DNA of 29,523 nucleotides from a virus. Taxonomy: Duplodnaviria; Caudoviricetes. The position numbers and the translations under genes are program-made. Positions 25,115-29,523 of the stretch are shown here, piece after piece; position 1 is the first letter of the stretch, and each line of letters opens with the position of its first letter. The stretch covers positions 1 to 29,523 of the IMG/VR virus record IMGVR_UViG_3300025653_000187; one strand, written 5' to 3'. A model generated the notes under the pieces. It was not told the DNA's origin, did no database searches, and saw only the letters and a program-made list of their open reading frames with translations.

Positions 25115-25711
25115 ATGAAAATAGTTGAACTTATTTTAGACGAAAATAGCGAACTAGGAATAGAAGCTATAAGCGTAGTTGAAAACCCAGCAATAGAAGA
25201 AGATTTCATCGCATTAAAAAGCCAAGAAATAAAACTTGCAGAGGTAGACAAAGAAAAGAGAATACTAATGGGTGCTTTATTAGTACCTAACAAGCCTATA
25301 TACAGACGAAGTGGAGAAGATGAGTACTACATATACTTTTCAAAAGATACGGTAGAGAAAGCATCGCAAAAGTATTTAATGCAAGGCAACCAGAACAACT
25401 CAACCTTAGAACACCAATACGAATTAAACGGACTTAGCCTGGTTGAAAGTTGGATTGTAGAAGATAAGGTACACGATAAAAGCGTAAAGTATGGAATGGA
25501 TTTACCTATTGGAACGTGGATGGGAAGTGTTAAGGTTAATAACGATAAGGTTTGGAATGAGTTTGTTAAGACTGGCAAGGTTAAAGGTTTCAGTATTGAA
25601 GGTTACTTTGCAGATAAGATGGAAAGACCTAAAGAAAATATTGAAGAAGAACTTGATGAAGATGAAAAACTTATAAAACAAATCATAGATATACTTGAGA
25701 ATGGCTTATAA
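25115..25711 (+). CDS. Prohead maturation serine protease (XkdF-like)
   Basis: TLEH, VESW, GTW and VKGFSIEG motifs. Confidence 0.8.
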   Translation: MKIVELILDENSELGIEAISVVENPAIEEDFIALKSQEIKLAEVDKEKRILMGALLVPNKPIYRRSGEDEYYIYFSKDTVEKASQKYLMQGNQNNSTLEHQYELNGLSLVESWIVEDKVHDKSVKYGMDLPIGTWMGSVKVNNDKVWNEFVKTGKVKGFSIEGYFADKMERPKENIEEELDEDEKLIKQIIDILENGL

Positions 25712-26036
25712 GAGCGTTTTAAAAAGGTTAGATTTAGAATCATATAACGATTATCCACAAGGTGCTAGAAATAATGCTAAGAGAGCCTTAAAATGGGTAG
25801 AAGAGAATGGATGGGGAAGTTGTGGCGAAGCTACTGGTAAGAAAAGAGCAAACCAAATCGCAAACGGAGAAAAGATAAGCAGAGATACGATAGCAAGAAT
25901 GGCATCATTTAAAAGACACCAACAACATAAAGACGTACCTTATAGTGAGGGATGTGGTAAGTTGATGTGGGATTCTTGGGGTGGAAGTGCTGGTATTAAT
26001 TGGGCGATAAGTAAACTTAAAGAAATAGATGGCTAA
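25695..26036 (+). CDS. Basic head-module protein, function unknown
   Basis: YNDYP..A.NNAKRAL...GKKRANQIA...RMASF.RH...WGG.AG..WA. Confidence 0.65.
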   Translation: MRMAYKSVLKRLDLESYNDYPQGARNNAKRALKWVEENGWGSCGEATGKKRANQIANGEKISRDTIARMASFKRHQQHKDVPYSEGCGKLMWDSWGGSAGINWAISKLKEIDG

Positions 26037-26169
26037 AGATAAATTTATAACACCAAGTAGAACAAGTCCTAAATCAAGTAGGAGAGGTTGTTTATGCAAG
26101 GATAAAAACACATACTCTCGTAAATGTTGCGATGGTAGTTTATGGGCTCAAGGAATAGGTAAAATATAA
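26029..26169 (+). CDS. Small Cys-rich protein (46 aa, not in ORF track)
   Basis: ...RRGCLCKDKNTYSRKCCDGSLWAQGIGKI. Fills the gap before the next promoter. Confidence 0.65.
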   Translation: MAKDKFITPSRTSPKSSRRGCLCKDKNTYSRKCCDGSLWAQGIGKI

Positions 26170-26174
26170 AAATG

Positions 26175-26204
26175 CAAATAATTTTTAATAATTGATATAT
26201 AAGT
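26175..26204 (+). promoter_or_regulatory. Late promoter motif copy 4
   Basis: CAAA-N12-ATTGATATA (26191-26199)-N5-ATG. Confidence 0.7.
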
Positions 26205-26798
26205 ATGGAAGCAAAAACTATGTTAAATTCTATAAAGCAAGTTCTAGGAATGGAAGTTAAGCTAGAGCAACAAACTTTAGAGAACGGTACTATTATCGAA
26301 GCAGAAAGTTTCGAGGTAGGACAAGAAGTATTCATCATTTCAGATGATGAGAAAGTAGCAGTACCAGCTGGAGAATACCAGTTAGAAGATGGTAGAATCT
26401 TAGTTGTAAACGAGGGTGGAGAAATAGCAGAAATAGGTGCTAAAGAAGAAGAGGAAGTTGAAGCTAAAGACGAAGAGAAAGACGAAGAGAAACAAGAAAT
26501 GGGATATGCTACTAAAGAGGAACTAGCAGAGGTTAAAGAAATGATTGAGGAAATCAAAGCTATGTTAGAGCCTAAAGAAGAAGAGAAACTATCTGAAGAG
26601 GTAGAACAAGTTGAGGTTGTAGCTGAAGAGGTTGTAGAAGAAGTTGTAGAACAAGTTAAAGAAGAACTATCACAACCAGCAGTAGAGCCATTAACACACA
26701 ATCCAGAAGCTAACGCTAAAAGAAAAGTTGAGTTTAAGTATGCTAAAAATAGAAAAGCATCTGTACTTGATAGAGTTTTAAATAAATTAAATAACTAA
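26205..26798 (+). CDS. Capsid scaffolding protein (putative)
   Basis: Very Glu-rich with a basic C-terminal tail, directly upstream of the capsid gene. Confidence 0.7.
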   Translation: MEAKTMLNSIKQVLGMEVKLEQQTLENGTIIEAESFEVGQEVFIISDDEKVAVPAGEYQLEDGRILVVNEGGEIAEIGAKEEEEVEAKDEEKDEEKQEMGYATKEELAEVKEMIEEIKAMLEPKEEEKLSEEVEQVEVVAEEVVEEVVEQVKEELSQPAVEPLTHNPEANAKRKVEFKYAKNRKASVLDRVLNKLNN

Positions 26799-26809
26799 AA
26801 TAAAATAAA

Positions 26810-27733
26810 ATGCCAAATCCAACAATTACTTCTTCATACGCTGGAGAATTCGCTGGGAAGTACTTAGGTGCTGCCCTTTTAAGTGCTTCAACTTTAGATG
26901 CTGGAGCAGTAACTATATTGCCTAACGTAAAGTTTAAGGCTGCAATGAAAGTAGGTTCTTTCGCTAACTTGGTACGTAGTGCTGATTGTGATTTCGATGA
27001 TACTACTTCAACAATGACACTAACTGAAAAAGTGTTACAACCTACTGAATTACAAGTAAATTTGCAAATTTGCAAGAAAGAGCTCCACGCAGATTTTGAG
27101 GCTGCACAGATGGGATATTCTGCTTTCGATAGCTTACCACCATTATTTTCTGATTTCGTAATCGCTAGAGTAGCTGCTGAAGTTGCTCAAGCTACTGAAC
27201 AATCTATCTGGGGTGGTTCTGCTGGAGAGGGTAACTTCGATGGTTTTACTACTTTATTAGCTGCTGATGCAGATGTAGTAGATGTAACTGGTACAACGGT
27301 AACTGCTGCAAACGTAATCGATGAGTTAGGTAAGATTGTAGATGCTGCTTCAACACAGATTTTAGGTAAAGAAGATTTAACGCTTTATGTATCTAACAAC
27401 ATTGCAAGAGCATACATTCGTGCATTAGGTGGTTTCGCAACTAACGTAGGTGCAAACGGTGTAGATAACAAAGGAACAACTTGGTACAACGGTGGTGCAT
27501 TAACTTTCGAGGGTATCAATATCTTTGTGGCACAAGGTCTTGGAGATAACAAGGCAGTATTAGCACAACAATCTAACTTATTCTTCGGAACTGGTTTACT
27601 AGATGATAGAAACGTTGTTAAAGTTCTTGATATGGGCGATTTAGATGGCTCTGATAACGTAAGAATCGTAATGCGTTATACTGCTGGTGTTCAAACTGGA
27701 ATCGGTGGAGATATCGTTTATTACACTGCTTAA
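26810..27733 (+). CDS. Major capsid protein
   Basis: 307 aa, strong codon bias (TTC, AAC, ATC, GCT), follows the scaffold and precedes a terminator. IWGG...FDGF motif. Confidence 0.8.
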   Translation: MPNPTITSSYAGEFAGKYLGAALLSASTLDAGAVTILPNVKFKAAMKVGSFANLVRSADCDFDDTTSTMTLTEKVLQPTELQVNLQICKKELHADFEAAQMGYSAFDSLPPLFSDFVIARVAAEVAQATEQSIWGGSAGEGNFDGFTTLLAADADVVDVTGTTVTAANVIDELGKIVDAASTQILGKEDLTLYVSNNIARAYIRALGGFATNVGANGVDNKGTTWYNGGALTFEGINIFVAQGLGDNKAVLAQQSNLFFGTGLLDDRNVVKVLDMGDLDGSDNVRIVMRYTAGVQTGIGGDIVYYTA

Positions 27734-27756
27734 TAATTAATTAACTAATGTAGAAA

Positions 27757-27785
27757 AGGGTGGGCATAACTGCCTACCTTTTTTT
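27757..27785 (+). terminator. Intrinsic terminator after capsid gene
   Basis: AGGGTGGGCA-TAAC-TGCCTACCTT followed by a T run. Confidence 0.8.
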
Positions 27786-27804
27786 ATTTAAAACCTAAAA
27801 ATAT

Positions 27805-28329
27805 ATGTCTTGTGCAATCACAAAAGGAAGAAGTTTACCTTGTAAGAGTTCGGTAGGTGGTCTTAAAAATGTTTTCATTTTAGATTACTCTACTGCTATT
27901 GCAGCGTTAACTGATTCTGCTGGAACAATAACGTTACCAAGCGATGGTAGTGCCGAATTTTTCAAATACGAAATAAAAGGTAACTCAAGTTTGGAAACTG
28001 CCGTAAACTCATCGAGAGAGAACGGTACAACTTTTTATGAAACTACATTGAATGTTACATTAACAACTATTGATGTAGCAACTCAAGAGGAAATCAAATT
28101 ATTAAATAGAGGTAGAGCCCACTATGTAGTAGAAGATTACAACGGTAACTATTTCTTAATCGGTAAAGAACACGGTGCTGAAATTACTGGTGGTACAATC
28201 GTAAGTGGTGCTGCTATGGGGGATTTAAGTGGGTTTACACTTGTAGCTACTGCTCAAGAAACTGCACCACCTTTCTTCGCAACTGCACCAGATGAAAGTG
28301 CAACAACGCCAATAGACCCTAACGCTTAA
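27805..28329 (+). CDS. Major tail (tube) protein, putative
   Basis: 174 aa, beta-rich. C.ITKGR.LPC...VGGLK, SRENGT.FY and GAAMGDLSG.TL motifs. Confidence 0.7.
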   Translation: MSCAITKGRSLPCKSSVGGLKNVFILDYSTAIAALTDSAGTITLPSDGSAEFFKYEIKGNSSLETAVNSSRENGTTFYETTLNVTLTTIDVATQEEIKLLNRGRAHYVVEDYNGNYFLIGKEHGAEITGGTIVSGAAMGDLSGFTLVATAQETAPPFFATAPDESATTPIDPNA

Positions 28330-28355
28330 TGGTTATTAGTTTGGTTTGATTAATT

Positions 28356-28386
28356 AAGGCTACTCTTTATGGGTAGCTTTTTTTTT
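28356..28386 (+). terminator. Intrinsic terminator
   Basis: AAGGCTACTC-TTTAT-GGGTAGCTTT followed by a T run. Confidence 0.8.
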
Positions 28387-28396
28387 GTTATCTATA

Positions 28397-28426
28397 CAAA
28401 AAACAAAAATACATTGATATATTAGT
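28397..28426 (+). promoter_or_regulatory. Late promoter motif copy 5
   Basis: CAAA-N12-ATTGATATA (28413-28421)-N5-ATG. Confidence 0.7.
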
Positions 28427-28783
28427 ATGAAGATAGTAACACCAACTGGAGATAATATTTTTTATGTTATACCTAGAACTTTTGTTCAATCAACGGTAGA
28501 TATAATTATAACTAACGAAACTACCAATACTCAAGTATCATCAAGTATAGATACAACTATTAGTGGTAATTATATAACTTTTAGATTGACTAATATTGGA
28601 ATAAGAGTACCAGAGAACAATTATGGCACGATAGAATTAAGATACAATTCAGAAACAATATATAAGGATAAGTTTTTTGTTACTTCACAGAGTATAGACC
28701 AAACTAACAACGAATATTTTAACGGTAACTTAAACCAATATACAACCGAAGATAGTTACGATAACGATTACATTATAATATGA
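28427..28783 (+). CDS. Putative structural protein (head closure-like)
   Basis: 118 aa, beta-rich, coupled to the portal start. Confidence 0.5.
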   Translation: MKIVTPTGDNIFYVIPRTFVQSTVDIIITNETTNTQVSSSIDTTISGNYITFRLTNIGIRVPENNYGTIELRYNSETIYKDKFFVTSQSIDQTNNEYFNGNLNQYTTEDSYDNDYIII

Positions 28784-29523
28784 ACGATTTAAGAATAGTA
28801 AACCTATCAACTTATACAAGTCCAGTAATTAGCGAAAAGACCAATCAAGATTTCGTTAGCTACGGAGAAGATAACAACTATTTTCAGTATTTGATAGATA
28901 GATACAATGGTAGTCCTACAAATAACGCTATTATAAACGGTGTTAGCGAGATGATTTACGGTAGAGGGTTAGATGCTACCAATTCAAATAAAAAGCCAGA
29001 GCAATACGCTCAAATGATTTCTTTATTTCATAAGGATTGCGTTAGAAAGTTGTGTTTTGATTTAAAGTTAATGGGTGCTTGTGCTATGCAAGTTATATAC
29101 TCTAAGGATAGGAGTAAGGTTGCACAAGTAGAGCATATGCCAGTAGAAACATTAAGGGCAGAAAAGTGTAACGATAAAGGCGAAATAGAAGCGTATTACT
29201 ACCACCCAGATTGGGCAAATTATAAACGTAACGATGTACTAACTAGAATACCAGTATTTGGTACGAGTAAAGAAAACATAGAAATAATATATGTAAAGCC
29301 TTATCGTGCTGGTTACAAGTATTATTCTAGTGTAGACTATCAAGGTGGATTACAATACGCAGAATTAGAAGAAGAAATAAGCAACTACCACTTAAACAAC
29401 ATTATGAACGGATTAGCACCTAGTATGTTAATCAACTTTAATAATGGAACACCAAACCCAGAGGAAAGACAAATGATAGAACAAAGAATCTATCAAAAGT
29501 TTAGTGGTTCAAGTAACGCTGGT
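28780..29523 (+). CDS. Portal protein, N-terminal part (continues at window start)
   Basis: ATG 28780 overlaps the TGA of the upstream gene. Open for 248 codons to the end (MNDLRIVNL...YGEDNNYFQYLIDRYNGSPTNNAII...NGLAPSMLINFNNG...FSGSSNAG). Joins KFILAFNDN at position 3. Motifs are typical of portals in Bacteroidota phages. Confidence 0.85.
   Translation, partial: MNDLRIVNLSTYTSPVISEKTNQDFVSYGEDNNYFQYLIDRYNGSPTNNAIINGVSEMIYGRGLDATNSNKKPEQYAQMISLFHKDCVRKLCFDLKLMGACAMQVIYSKDRSKVAQVEHMPVETLRAEKCNDKGEIEAYYYHPDWANYKRNDVLTRIPVFGTSKENIEIIYVKPYRAGYKYYSSVDYQGGLQYAELEEEISNYHLNNIMNGLAPSMLINFNNGTPNPEERQMIEQRIYQKFSGSSNAG

Noticed and set aside
25491-25676. 61 aa alternative-frame ORF inside the protease gene
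   Set aside because: Fully nested across the catalytic region, with no slippery site or motif.
26466-26489. 12-nt tandem repeat AAAGACGAAGAG x2 and Glu/Val repeats in the scaffold gene
   Set aside because: In-frame low-complexity coding repeats, typical of scaffolding proteins.
2822-27075. All minus-strand ORFs in the track (e.g. 2822-3331, 7135-7497, 24589-24936, 26069-26701)
   Set aside because: They lie antisense to well-supported + strand genes, have no recognisable motifs and show shadow-ORF composition.
1-29523. Alternative genetic code, CRISPR array, tRNA genes, integrase/att site, introns or inteins
   Set aside because: Genes are intact under code 11 and use all three stop codons. 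No regularly spaced repeats or cloverleafs were seen. TerL, helicase and TS are of normal length. A tRNAscan/Infernal run would be needed to fully exclude RNAs.

Overview
Apparently complete, circularly permuted ~29.5 kb genome of a small, AT-rich, tailed dsDNA phage with siphovirus-like genes. The host is most likely Bacteroidota/Flavobacteriaceae, judging from TTTG-N19-TAnnTTTG promoters, a DUF3127-like SSB and a type IX secretion C-terminal domain. The portal gene is split across the window ends (28780-end joins 1-1031 in frame with a 2-nt overlap). All credible genes are on the + strand. I recognised no integrase, DNA polymerase, primase, tRNA or CRISPR array. Order: portal C-terminus, adaptor, two modular receptor-binding proteins, a membrane protein plus T9SS-cargo pair, lysis genes, an AT-rich region, recombination/replication genes (NinG-like, SSAP, SSB, SF4 helicase, ECF-like sigma, PD-(D/E)XK nucleases, DnaA-domain-IV-like HTH), terminase, an early 'moron', tail genes with a -1 frameshift, then head genes. 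Most notable: (1) a compositionally foreign three-gene cassette whose thymidylate-synthase homolog has Asp at the dUMP-specifying Asn position and Tyr for the post-catalytic His, next to a GIY-YIG-like/MazG fusion, a candidate miniature cytosine-modification system; (2) a phage-encoded T9SS substrate; (3) a readable regulatory code: three early promoters with tandem DnaA-box-like sites, five bipartite late promoters (four apparently leaderless) and a candidate antisense sRNA. Functional calls come from motif recognition by eye, not database searches.
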